NCBI RefSeq assembly: GCF_000143415.4
Contig: NW_003314271.1
Span: 1,012,826 to 1,036,744 of the forward strand
Length of the DNA stretch: 23,919 bases
From: Selaginella moellendorffii
Taxonomy: Eukaryota > Plantae > Lycopodiophyta
Direction: 5' to 3'
Shown here: piece after piece, positions 10,463 through 22,139 of the stretch
How positions within the stretch are numbered: the first letter of the stretch is position 1
Layout of the letters: the number at the start of each line of letters is the position of its first letter
Notes under the pieces: generated by a model
Databases searched by the model: none
Seen by the model: the letters and a program-made list of their open reading frames with translations, nothing else
What the model was told of the DNA's origin: nothing
Made by a program: the position numbers and the translations under genes

Positions 10463-11629
10463 ATAGACGAAGTTCGATGTCCTCATCGAACGGTAAACCC
10501 TTTCATAAAGTAACACCCACACGTGTTACCATTTCCATCCTTGGCACCTAGCCAATCTTTGTCTATGGTTTGACATCAAAGGCTCACCATGCCTTGTCCA
10601 TCCTTTAAGGAGCGTAGTCTCTCCAACTTAGAGACTGATTGGACCACATGTAATGGTTCTCCCCTTTTATTGGTTTAGTTCTCGCTAAACGTCTTAGAGA
10701 CCCTTCTCTAAGTCAATCCCACTACTCCTTCTCGAGTAGTCTCAATTTCCATCTATTGAATGTTTGCACCTTGGAATTTTTACTCTTTTGACTTTTTGGG
10801 AGTCAATTTCCTAGGTGTCTCCAACACCTTGCATTGCACAGATTGTGCAACTCCACTTCCCTATCCTAGGAAGTTCATTACTTGAGGGCACCATCATCCT
10901 CTCTTCTATTTCGTGCCACCTTGGGCACTAAGTTCCATTTATCATACTTTGTGCTAGGGCTGTCCATGGCCCTATCATTTGGCTACCTTACCGCTCCCTC
11001 ACTTGGAGCCTTTACTTTGCCAAATTGGAGCACTTAAGAATCCGTCCTTGAAAGTCCGCTTCCTTTCCCACAAGCTGTTAGCATCGAACACATTAGTGTT
11101 CCTTGGCTAACTTTGCCATTTGGATCCCTTCCATTAAATTCCATGGCCCAAACTTTGGCCATTAGTCCTTTGCTCCTATCCTTGATTGTTGCACCCAGCA
11201 ACATCGGATCGCTACCTCCATTTTTGAGGTATCCTTTCGGTTCCATAGCAAAGACTCTTCTTTGCCAAGTCCGGAGGATGTTCACCCCTAGTATGTCTCT
11301 TTAGCATATTCTGCTATGGGCTCTATCCATGGCCCAACTTCGTGACCCTCCCATGGGTCTTTTATAGAGACTACTTTCCTCGGACTCACTATGCCATCGC
11401 ACGGACATAGTTTATTTCCCTTAGGTGCTCTTCCCACTTGGTTATCATGACCAAGCCACACCACCTTAAACAGTTCAATTTCAACATTGTGAACCAGGAA
11501 CTTCATTCCTTAGCCAACCAAGGACCTTGTCCTTATCTGGCCATAAGATCACCTAGTGATCTCACCTTGGCACCTTAACAGAGTTGCCAAAAGGTACTTG
11601 GTTTTCTAGACCTCCAAGTTGTTGACTAT

Positions 11630-12060
11630 AACCCCGGGGGCATCCCCCACACTTGGCGGTGCACCCAAGCTAGCCCTTACGGCCAAGGGTTCATAGCAAC
11701 TGAGATTAGGTGTCCCCATCTCACTCACCACGACCTTGGTGCCACTTGCACCAAAGTGTTCAAGTTAGATATGCTGAGCTTTCACACTAAGCAATCTAAC
11801 CGTGCATCACGACTCCGAGGCATCCCTCGCTTGGCGGTGTGCCCAAACCAGTCTCCCCACTGAGAGTCCATGACCACCGAAATATGAGTGTCCTCATATT
11901 CCAAACCATCACCACGCCCTAGTGATTTGGGACTCGAACCCAAGCACTAGAGGGTCGGGACTCGAACCCAACCTCCGTATATGCATCTACGGACGGCATC
12001 ACACTAGATGCCTGGCGTGACTCCCCACGCCGGTGCACCAACCTATTTTTAAAGCGCGCT
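11630..12060 (-). other. Dense hairpin cluster (inner copy)
   Basis: Near-identical copy at offset 5690. Confidence 0.6.
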
Positions 12061-12760
12061 ACAGATCACAGCTTAGGAACCTAGTTCCTCCACACTGCCA
12101 AGTCCTCTCACTTGACATGTCTGTGATCATGCATGGACTCCTCCATGCTCGGCCCCATGGCCCACCCTTTTTGAAGTTATCACCTTCAACTAGGGTCTTT
12201 GTTCCCCCGACGTGCCAATCTCGCTTGGCAAGTCCTCCGACCACTGTAACATGGTTCCTGCATAAGCGTGAAAGTCCTTGACCATCGACTTTTGTTCAAA
12301 GCCCTCTCTTTGAACACTCGGGAACTACTTCCCTAACCTTGATAGCCTTGCCTCATGGCAAGCTTCAAGACCACGCTTCTGCTGCGCCACTCTGATTTCG
12401 CGCGTTCCATGAACCATTTACACTTGGCCTTTCTAGGTACTAAGCTACCTAGAATCGTCTTTGGGAACCTTGAAGGAACTCTGTCCCTCAGCTTGCTAAG
12501 GCCTCCCTTTTTGCAAGCCTTCCAAATGCCACATAGTCTAACATGGACAATTCCATATTTTAGACTCTTCATGGCATCACGGTTGCTAGCGGCAACACCC
12601 TTGAGCCCCCCATTTGATTCTCCACTCCCAGCTGGCATAACCAACCTTGGTTATGCCCTTCGATTCCTATGGTTCGGTTCTATCCCCTTCTTGCTTTTGG
12701 CTTTGCACCTTTCCTTCGGTCATTCTCCTCCAGACCAGGAGGATAGCTTTGCACTTTCTA

Positions 12761-13185
12761 TCACGCCTTAGCAAGGATTCCTAGGGATGAACCAACCCAA
12801 TAGCCCAGGGAGTGGTTCCTCAATCCAGGTACGCTCACCTTGTAACCCCACACACTGGGATTACATTGTTGCTTATGGGCCTTTACATGCCCATCACTAG
12901 CCTTGCCAAAGTTCTATTTTTGGCTTTGTCCAACTCGGGCAGACAGTCTTTCTCCTGTCTCCGCAACCTTGGACATTTGGATAGCACCTTCTATCCATCA
13001 TTCACTAGGGACTTAGTCCCCTGGGCCTTATCCATTGCCCTCGCGACATCAAACACCACCTTCTGGTGTTCTAGAGTGTTCGGGTGTCCCAATGATGGCT
13101 TTCTTGACAATGAGTATTTCCTTTTATGACATTGACTTACTATATCGCAACACAAGCAACTTATCCCCCGTAAGGGTGTATCCGA
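12761..13185 (-). pseudogene. Homologous decayed gag/protease-like remnant (inner)
   Basis: Colinear copy of 7075-7498; boundaries approximate. Confidence 0.28.
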
Positions 13186-14499
13186 CTTCCCTATGCTATT
13201 AAGAAGTCTTGGGTAGCTACCTTCTACCCGTTCAACTAGTTATTTTGCACCTCTTGCTTAGTTGCCTCATAGTTGTCAAGTCCTACAACTCATTGTTTGG
13301 TGCTTTCACACCTTCATCATTATCTGGGTCACCACACTCCAACTGCATGCTCTGCAGCTTAGGCTATGCCATTCCCATTTCCATTGGGATTCCTTTGGCA
13401 AGGGGTTCTCATGAACCCACCAACATAGCCTCAAGGTATCACACCTTGGCACATTTGGTGTCTCCACACCATCGGCTCCACGAGCCTACCTCTATGACAC
13501 TTCCCCTTCATGTTTATGTCTTTGCCAAGACCAACACCGCTCTTTCTCATGCCAACCATCCGTTAGCACTGCACCATAGCGGTCACACGCAACTTTGTGT
13601 CAAAGTTGTTTTCTTCTGAGAACACCTTTCCCATAACTTTAGCATGGCACATTTTGCCATCGATGAGATACCCTCTGTTCTCATCCTTGGATCCTATGAT
13701 CCCCCCCCATCCTTTGTGGGGTACAACACACCTCAGTAGAAATGCTTCCATCAGTCCTTTTAGGACCATTCCTTGACTCTACTTGAGTCATCAAGCAGTT
13801 TTGGACTTGGTTAATCCATAGACCCTTAAGGTCCTACTTGTGAGGCACTAGCTCACTAGAATACACTTCTTGCATTCCTGTCCTACTCAAAAGGACTATT
13901 TTCACAAGTGTTACTCCGACACTTGATTTTGTTCTCTGGGGGCAACCTTTGCCCCTTAGGACTACTTGTTCATGTGATGAGAACACCAACTCATCCACTT
14001 AATACACCCCCAACTCCTGGGGTTGTTCCAGCATTTATTAGAGGTAGCCCCGGCTACCTTTTCAAGGACTTGAGTCCTCTTCCGTATTTGACCTCCCACG
14101 GTCATTACTTCTGGTCTCACATTCATGAGCACCAACCTCAACTATATGAGGAAAATCTTGTGACTCCTTTATTGCTTTGGAGTCTTTATCTTTCCCGTGA
14201 TCCCAACTGTAGTTGTTTACCGCAACTACATTAGCCAGTTTGCTAAGTGAAACGCTCATCTGGATCACATCCTCAACTCTTTGATTAAAACCATATACTG
14301 TTCCCAAGATCCCAAAGTCGTTCCATTATTGGCCCTTTTCTATCCACCACCTTGTCTACAAGTTCACACATGAACTGTAATGGAGAGCCATGTCTTCCCG
14401 ACTTGCTACTCCTCAAGGATAGGCCCACTTCTTGGACCTTCCGTTGCTAACACCAGTGGTGATATACTTGAGCACCAATAAAAGTCGGACTAAGGAACA

Positions 14500-14511
14500 G
14501 CTCCGATACCA
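14500..14511 (-). promoter_or_regulatory. Primer binding site (tRNA-iMet type), inner element
   Basis: Minus strand TGGTATCGGAGC, 3 nt after the LTR end. Confidence 0.92.
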
Positions 14512-14514
14512 AAT

Positions 14515-16442
14515 TGTAAGCGACTAATTTTTCCATTCTACTTTAGTCACTTAACCACACCTCCGACCACTTGGAGGAGTCTCATTCACAACCTCCATAA
14601 GCCCAACTCAAGACTTGGGGCTTGCTAGCCCCGAGAATGGCATCCATGCCACTCAACCTTAGCACTTGGTCCAAGTGCTCCACGTGTCCGATCCCATGAT
14701 CGACACCCCAAGGTGCCACTGACATATCGGCCCGTTACGCTAAGGCCATGCCCATTTACCTCGGTCACACTGGTGGTCCAACACCACCTACATTCCAATC
14801 CCGTCTCTCAAAGACTGGGTCATCCATCCATGAGTGATCATCCCAGATCCACTCCTTAACATCCTTAGGATGCCTACAGACATGGGGAACAGCCTTCCCC
14901 AATATCTCTGTTCCGGTCCCCACCAAGTCCCTTTCTGTCCTTGGCTGTGTTCGCCAACACTGCCACTGGATCGAGGCCCACCGGCCCGACCACTAAGTCC
15001 CACTATCCTCTAGGACTTCCTCACTGTGTGACTGTGTCCTTGGTCACTACCCCAGAGGACTGCTCCTCTTCCTTTCCACAGTCTGGGCCTTTGGGACAAC
15101 ATTTCGGAACACCGTGGCCTTACGCGAGCCACCTGGGTACTCTCCTCGCCTTCTGCCCTTGGGTGCTCTAGCCATGGGCTTAGAGCGGGTTCCGTTGAGC
15201 CACACCAGGTATCCAAGTAGGTAGTGCCACCCACACTTGGACTGGGAGCATCGGCCAGTCGATCTCCCGGGGGAACTAGAGCCGGCTCTTGAACACTTCA
15301 CCAAGCTACCCCGCTTGTCAGTCCGTGTTCACTCTAGTCTTGGACTTCCCAGTGGGCAGCTCATCACCCACACTGGGTCTGGCCTTCCTGGGCCAAACTG
15401 GCCTTTCCTGGGCAAACTGGCCTCCACTGTCAGTCCTCCTCCCTACTATACCTTTTGGAGTCTCACCAACACCCCCCTAGGTGTCTGGGAGACGAACGCT
15501 TTGGGCTTTCACCCTCTCAGGCTCCGGACTCGGACTCGGACTCGGACTCGGACTCGGACTCGGACTCGGACTCGGACTCGGACTCGGACTCGGACTCGGA
15601 CTCGGACTCGGACTCGGGCTCGGGCTCGGTCTCGGTCTCGGCCTCGGCCTCGGTCTTGGTCTCGGTCCCGATCTCGGTCTCGGTCTCGGTCTCGGTCCCG
15701 GTCTCGGTCCCGGTCTCGGTCTCGACTTCGGACTCCATCTCGGACTCCATCTCGGGTCCATCTCGGACTCCATCTCGGACTCCATCTCGGGTCCATCTCG
15801 GACTCCATCTCGGACTCCATTTCGGGTCCATCTCGGGTCCACCTCGGACTCCATCTCGGACTCCATCTCGGACTCCATCTCGGGTCCATCTCGGACTCCA
15901 TTTCGGGTCCATCTCGGGTCCACCTCGGACTCCATCTCGGACTCCATCTCGGACTCCATCTCGGACTCCATCTCGGACTCCACTTCGGACTCCAACTCGG
16001 GTCCATCTCGGGCCCACCTCGGACTCCAACTCGGACTCCATCTCGGACTCCATCTCGGACTCCACTTCGGACTCCAACTCGGGTCCATCTCGGGTCCACC
16101 TCGGACTCCACTTCGGACTCCAACTCGGGTCCATCTCGGACTCCACTTCGGACTCCAACTCGAGTCCATCTCGGACTCCACTTCGGACTACAAGTCGAGT
16201 CCATCTCGGACACTCCCACGTGTCATGTGTTGGTCCTTTTGGGTCCCTTTTTGGAGCCTCGCCTTTTGCTCGCTTCGTGCTCGTTCCTCGAGCACTTCGT
16301 TGGGAGTTCCACTCCCGCTCTTGACTTTTCAAGTCGGAGCTTTTGGTCCAAATGTGTTACGCTCGTTTGGCTTTCGCTTCGGCCACTACCATGTGGCGCC
16401 CTTCCGGCTCCACTTTGGGGCCTAGGGATTTTGTGTCTCACA
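14515..16442 (-). repeat. 5' LTR of inner element (1928 bp)
   Basis: TGTAAGCGAC...GTGTCTCACA, adjacent to the PBS, followed by TSD TCTCT. Confidence 0.96.
15527..16211. repeat. Compound tandem array in LTR, (GACTCG)x15
   Basis: Hexamer run 15527-15616, then 11/12-mer array. Confidence 0.97.
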
Positions 16443-16759
16443 TCTCTATCTTTCCCGTGATCCCAACTTTAGTTGTTTACCACAACAACCTAAGCCAATT
16501 TGCTGAGACAAATGCTCATCCGGATCACATCCTCAACTCAATGAGGAAAACCTTGCACTGTTCCCAAGATCCCAAAGTCGTTCCATTATTGGCCCTTTTC
16601 TATCCACCACCTCGTCTACAAGTTCACACATGAACTGTAATGGAGAGACATGTCTTCCCGACTTGCTACTCCTCAAGGATAGGCCCACTCCTCGGACCTT
16701 CCGATGCCAACACTAGTGGTGATATACTTGAGCACCAATAAAAGTCGGACTAAGGAACA

Positions 16760-16771
16760 GCTCCGATACCA
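16760..16771 (-). promoter_or_regulatory. Primer binding site (tRNA-iMet type), outer element
   Basis: Minus strand TGGTATCGGAGC, 3 nt after the LTR end; canonical plant iMet PBS is TGGTATCAGAGC (one A>G difference). Confidence 0.92.
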
Positions 16772-16774
16772 AGT

Positions 16775-17877
16775 TGTAAGCGACTAAATTTTCCATTCTA
16801 CTTTAGTCACTTAACCACACCTCCGACCACTTGGAGGAGTCTCATTCACAACCTCCATAAGTCCAATCCAGGACTTGGGACTTGCTAGCCCCGAGAATGG
16901 CATCCATGCCACTCAACATTTGCACTTGGTCCAAGTGCTCCACGTGTCCGATCCCATGACCGACACTCAAAGGTACCACCGACATAGCAGCCCGTTACGC
17001 TAAGGCCATGCCCAATCACCTTTGCCACACTGGTAGTCCAATACCACTTGCATCACAGTTTTGGCTCCCCAAGACTAGGCAAACCATCCGTGAGTGGTCA
17101 TCTCAGATCCACTCCTTAGCATCCTTAGGATGCCCACCGACAAGGGGAATAGCCTTCCCCAATATCCCACTGTCAGTCCCCACTAAGTCCCTTTCTGCCC
17201 CTGGCCGTGTTTGCCAACACTGCCACTGGACCGAGACCCACAGGCCCAACCACTAAGTCCCATGGTCCTCTGGGACTTCCTCACCACACGACTGTGTCCT
17301 TGGTCACTACCCCAGAGGACTGCTCCTCTCCTTTCCACAGTCTAGGCCTTTGGGACAACATTTCGGAACACCGTGGCCTTACGCGAGCCACCTGGGTACT
17401 CTCCCCGCCTTTCGCCTTTAGGTGCTCTAGCCATGGGCTTAGAGCGAGGTTCCGTTGAGCCACACCTGGTATCCAAGTAGGTAGTGCCACCCACACTTGG
17501 ACTAGGAGCATCGGCCAGTTGATCTCCCGGGGGAACTAGAGCCGGCTCTTGAACACTTCACCAAGCTACCCCACTTGTCGGTCCGTGTTCACTCTAGTCT
17601 TGGACTTCCCAGTGGGCAGCTCATCACCCAACACTGGGTCTGGCCTTCCTGGGCCAAACTGGCCTTTCCTGGCCAAACTGGCTCCACTGCAGTCCTCCCC
17701 CTTACTATACTTTTGGAGCTCACCAAACCCCCCAGGGTCTGGGAGACGAACGCTTTGGGCTTTCACCCTCTCAGGCTCCGGACTCGGACTCAGACTCGGA
17801 CTCGGACTCGGACTCGGACTCGGACTCGGACTCGGATTTGGACTCGGACTCGGGCTCGGGCTCGGTCTCGGTCCCAA

Positions 17878-17909
<32 letters not shown>

Positions 17910-18572
17910 CCGGTCTCGGTCTCGACTTCGGACTCCATCTCGGACTCCATCTCGGACTCCATCTTGGACTCCATCTTGGGTCCATCTCGGGTCCATCTCG
18001 GACTCCATCTCGGACTCCATCTCGGGTCCATCTCGGACTCCATCTCGGACTCCATTTTGGGTCCATCTCGGGTCCACCTCGGACTCCATCTCGGACTCCA
18101 TCTCGGGTCCATCTCGGACTCCACTTCGGACTCCAACTCGGGTCCATCTCGGGTCCACCTCGGACTCCATCTCGGACTCCATCTCGGACTCCATCTCGGG
18201 TCCATCTCGGACTCCACTTCGGACTCCAACTCGGGTCCATCTCGGGTCCACCTCGGACTCCACTTTGGACTCCATCTCGGACTCCATCTCGGGTCCATCT
18301 CGGACTCCATTTCGGACTCCAACTAGAGTCCATCTCGGACACTCCCACGTGTCATGTGTTGGTCCTTTTGGGTCCCTTTTTGGAGCCTCACCTTTTGCTC
18401 GCTTCGTGCTTGTTCCTTTTAGCACTTCGTTGGGAGTTCCACTCCCGCTCTTGACTTTTCAAGTCAGAGCTTTTGGTCCAAACATGTTACGCTCGTTTGG
18501 CTCTTGCTTCGGCCACTACCATGTGGCGCCCTTCCGGCTCCACTTTGGGGCCTAGGGATTTTGTGTCTCACA
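16775..18572 (-). repeat. 5' LTR of outer element (1798 bp)
   Basis: Same termini, adjacent to the PBS, followed by TSD CATTT. Confidence 0.96.
17781..18340. repeat. Compound tandem array in LTR, (GACTCG)x12
   Basis: Hexamer run 17781-17852, then 11/12-mer array. Confidence 0.97.
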
Positions 18573-18577
18573 CATTT

Positions 18578-18757
18578 GTCCAATGGAAAGGTACATATAT
18601 AGGAACATAAATAAGCACAAACTAAATGACCATTCAAATCCAATCAAACTGCTATAAACTCACCAACACATTTAGCCAATAATTTTGAGCATACCTTGAA
18701 GAGACTAACTATGCATGAGTAACATTAAGTCGTAACTAAATTGAATACCATAAGATG
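18578..18757 (-). mobile_element. Continuation of the old left element beyond the insertion
   Basis: Joined sequence GAGTCATACATTT|GTCCAAT matches the reverse complement of the right copy (GAGTCATATATTTATCCAAC, near 19575-19594); homology runs to about 19402. Confidence 0.85.
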
Positions 18758-21700
18758 GTGTAAGATGTCAGAAATATGGGCAAGATGTTCAATGCTTAAA
18801 CATACTATTGGGTCATGAGAATTAGTGTTGAGGTGAACTTATATAAAGTTGTAGGTAGGAGGAAGTTAGTTGAATTTTAAAAGTTTGTATTCTTAGACTG
18901 AGAGTCATTCTTTCTTTAGAATGAGAAATTTCCACAAATTTTCTTAAACTTTTTCAATAACTAATCTATTAATCACTTTGTCCGAAAATCATTCCATTTT
19001 TGTAAGCTAGTACAAACTAGTGAAGGGGTTGGAGTTGACTTTAGTTAGCTTAGACCTTAGTAGGTAGTTTGTATGATGCAGCCCAAAAAACATATTGACT
19101 TCTTAGGGCTAAAACAATTGAGCTGAATAAAGTCTGGAGTTGGTGTAGAAAAATGGCTATTGCACTTTTCTAGAAAGATGACCCTTGTGCCTTTTTCTTG
19201 TAATGTTATGCTTGGTGGCAAGTTGTACTTTGCATTTCATTAGACTTTATGAGAGTAGTGAGCTCTCTCTAATTTTGAATTTGTCTTGATAACCTTGCGC
19301 TTTAGCTAAAGATAGTGATGCCTAACTTAGTTGTTTGAGGTTGAGGTGTTAATACCCATATTATAACCTTGTCCATTAGGAGGTTGTGTACCAATATGAG
19401 TGCATTTTATGATTTTTACTTTAATTTCGACTAAATGTGATCATGTATAACTAACCTCTTCAAGGCATGCTCAAATGTATTGGGTATACACATTAATGAG
19501 CTTATTGCAGTTGAGTTGGATTTGAGTGGTCATTTAATTCATACTTATTCATGTACCTAAGGTGTTATGTTCAAGTTGGATAAATATATGACTCGATGGC
19601 ATGAGTTTAGTATTTGGGTTTTGTGAAGGCAAGTTGAAAAATGATTATTGGTTGCTTTACAACTAATGATTGCTTATACACTTCGTCGAGGACTGCTAAC
19701 ACTTGCTTTGCTCAATGATGATTTAACAGTGATAGACTTGTTTTACGAGATGGTGTTACAAAAGATCATATTGTGGGTTGCATGGATTTTCCATGTTGGC
19801 ATATCAATTTTATCTTTATCGATATCATTTGATTGCATTTAGTTTGTGGTATTAGATTTCATTGAGTTTTGGATGTGGTGAATCACTCATTAATGATGTA
19901 TTATTTGTAACTGAGTGTTATTAAAGGATTGGTCTCGAATACTAAGTATAATATCTCTGACTTTGATTAGCTTGGTTGTTAAAGAGCTTAGAGTGGTGAT
20001 TCACTTTTGCTTTTTTCTAACTTTGTTTTAGTGTTGATAGCATTGAAGTGATGCTCTATTGTTAAAATTCTTGATGTTAAGATTCGAGTGAAATGAGATG
20101 TCTCTCTGTAATTTTGATATTGAGTTCAATGCAGATAGTATTGATGATTTGGCTAAAGCTTTATGTTGTTAGCAATCGTGCATTAGCTAGTTAACAACTG
20201 TGTTGGCATTCAAATGAGTTAAATAGCAAGTTGAGTTAGTTATGTTCTAGACGAGATTATTTAGTAGGGGTTGAGCTTTGGGTTTTCCTTGAAAAGTGAT
20301 TTAGTTATGAATTATGCTAACTTTACAAAAAAAAGAGTTAGCGTTCAATATTAAAGTTGGTGGTTCTTATCGATTTATGATTCTTTTTATACTTGTTATG
20401 ATGATTTTTCTTGTACTTGTTATAAAGTGAGTTATGTTTTACTATAGAAAATGGATTCATGGAGGATTGGTTTGATAATCACTTATTATGCTTAGCTTTT
20501 GGATTGATACAGATATACTATAGTTTTGCATTATAAAGTTTCACTTTTACATGTATTAAGAAAGATGTTGTGGGTTGTACCATGATTTCTTCTTTGGCAT
20601 TAAAGTTAATTCATGCAAGATTCGTGATCATTATTAAGGAAGATTTAGCTATAAACTTCTTCGAGCTTTTGGTTCTTTAAGTTTTGTTGTACTCATTATT
20701 CTAATTGTTAGAAGTTGTTAGGGGAAGGTATTTTAGTTTATTAGCTTCAATGTTAAAGCTAGCTTCTGCATTTGGCAATCATTGATGATGATTGACTATC
20801 ATCTAGGATAGTTAATTATCTTTGTCAAAGGTTTTACTTAATTATTGTTGATGTTGAATGATTGCCATTCTTTATGATGGTGGATTATTTCTTGATGATG
20901 ATAATGCATCTCTCTATTAATGGGATGATTGATGATCTTTCATAATAGTTAATTATTTTCTTTGATAGTTTTTGGCTTTTCGCATTACCACATATTCTTT
21001 GTGGTTTGCTTTGGTTGGTCTCTTGGGGTTGAAATATTGATAAGATGTTACTAACACTTACTTAAGCAATTTGAGTTCTTTAGTATGGTTAACTAAGATT
21101 TATTTAGATTGGCTAGTACAATAGTTATCATGAATGAGTGTTTATTTGCTCTAACTGCTTATTTGCAATAGTCTATCTAAACCTTACCGACAGGTTTATT
21201 TTCTTTACTAAAGGTTGGGGCCTTTAGCTTCTCTCTCTATATCCTTGCAGATAGAGGCATATCACACTTTTGTAAGTTGGGTGACACCTAGAGTAACAAG
21301 AGTGGTTAACTCCATTAATCATTTCCTTGTCAATGATGGTCAGAAGGTGTTTGAGTTGGTAGTGCATTCGCGTGAAACAAAGAAGTTACCCTAACTCATT
21401 TAAGTTGGTGCATTTCTCACATAGTGTGAACATTGTGAACTTTTTTTGGAGTTGTTTTCTTAGTGGTGCTCTAGATTGGAGTAGGCATCGACGAGGACGT
21501 CAATCTTCTCTAAAGGGGGGAAAGTGCCACAAATATGACTTTAGGTATCGAATGCTATTTGTCAATTAGTCCTTTTAGATATTCTTTCTTTACTACCATG
21601 ACAGCAAGAGGTCAGTATTGTTGAACCCATTTTTCAGTCTCTGCCTAAACTAGTTGAGAAATTAGTCTTTACATATACACTTGACCAAATGAGTATCAGG

Positions 21701-22058
21701 ACATAATTTCTAAGTGCTATTAATCAAGCATATTTGATCTGGTTAGAAAAACTCATTCATTGACTTGCACTTACTAGTGTTAGGAACCCTCGTGATATTG
21801 AGCTTAGTCCCTCAATATTCACTAGATGATAGTTTACCATGTTTATTAAACACCCTTGCTATTATACACTTTATGTTAGTATTATTTGAATCTAAATGCT
21901 ATTTATGAAAGTGTCTAAATTTTCTCATTTGGCATATCTACAGAATATAAAGATTGTCTTGACCACAATGGTGTTGGTCCCATGTCCAAATTTGCAATCT
22001 AGAAACATTCCATATTTAGTAAGTTTCAAGTTAGTTCTAGAGACTAACTCTTGGTACT
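18758..22058 (+). mobile_element. Old decayed LTR element, same family as the left one, opposite orientation
   Basis: 19402-22058 is the inverted homologue of the left host. Strand skew flips from A/C-rich to T/G-rich near 18757. PPT AAAGGGGGGAAAG at 21512-21524 is followed by TGCCACA. The start coordinate is inferred from skew only. Confidence 0.65.
21525..22058 (+). repeat. Putative 3' LTR of old right element
   Basis: Begins with TG right after the PPT and is homologous to 5-528; 3' end degenerate. Confidence 0.5.
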
Positions 22059-22069
22059 AAAGGTGGCTA

Positions 22070-22139
22070 AGGGTGAAAGCCCAAAGTGTGTGTTCCTCAA
22101 GGAAGGGGGGTTATTAAAGGTTCTAAATGTATAGTAAGG
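22070..22139 (+). promoter_or_regulatory. Relic of an LTR promoter-like module related to the young LTRs
   Basis: AGGGTGAAAGCCCAAAG (17/17) and GTATAGTAAGG (11/11) with the same 42-bp spacing as the reverse complement of 3926-3995. Confidence 0.55.

Larger units (their letters stand above)
8501..16442 (-). mobile_element. Inner nested LTR retrotransposon of the same family
   Basis: LTRs 8501-10450 and 14515-16442. TSD TCTCT at 8496-8500 and 16443-16447. Removing it restores GGAGTCTCT|ATCTTTCCCG, which matches the uninterrupted homologous site near 14179-14197. Internal domain 10451-14514 (4064 bp) is colinear with that of the outer element. Confidence 0.97.
3001..18572 (-). mobile_element. 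Outer LTR retrotransposon, non-autonomous (LARD-like, probably Ty3/gypsy-derived), interrupted by a nested copy
   Basis: Near-identical terminal repeats 3001-4762 and 16775-18572 with TG...CA ends. 5-bp TSD CATTT at 2996-3000 and 18573-18577. PBS next to the right LTR and PPT next to the left LTR give minus orientation. Internal domain is 4763-8500 plus 16448-16774 (about 4065 bp). Confidence 0.97.

Noticed and set aside
9223-10513. Long ORFs with SD, RS/RT, ES and GL repeats resembling Sdr adhesins, SR proteins or phosphoproteins (also 3775-4745, 15237-16460, 17549-18555)
   Set aside because: The tandem array lacks stops in nearly all frames on both strands, the ORFs lie within LTRs, and frames differ between copies
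3001-18572. Tandem duplication or misassembly as the cause of four LTRs
   Set aside because: Two independent TSD pairs and subfamily-specific pairing of LTRs (1 with 4, 2 with 3) show nesting
18766-18800. TGTCAGAAATATG as the start of a 5' LTR of the old right element
   Set aside because: Similarity to 21525 fades after about 30 bp; no PBS or TSD found
22052-22063. TGGTACTAAAGG as a decayed PBS after the old right LTR
   Set aside because: Several mismatches to TGGTATCAGAGC, no clear preceding CA terminus, and it overlaps the expected LTR end
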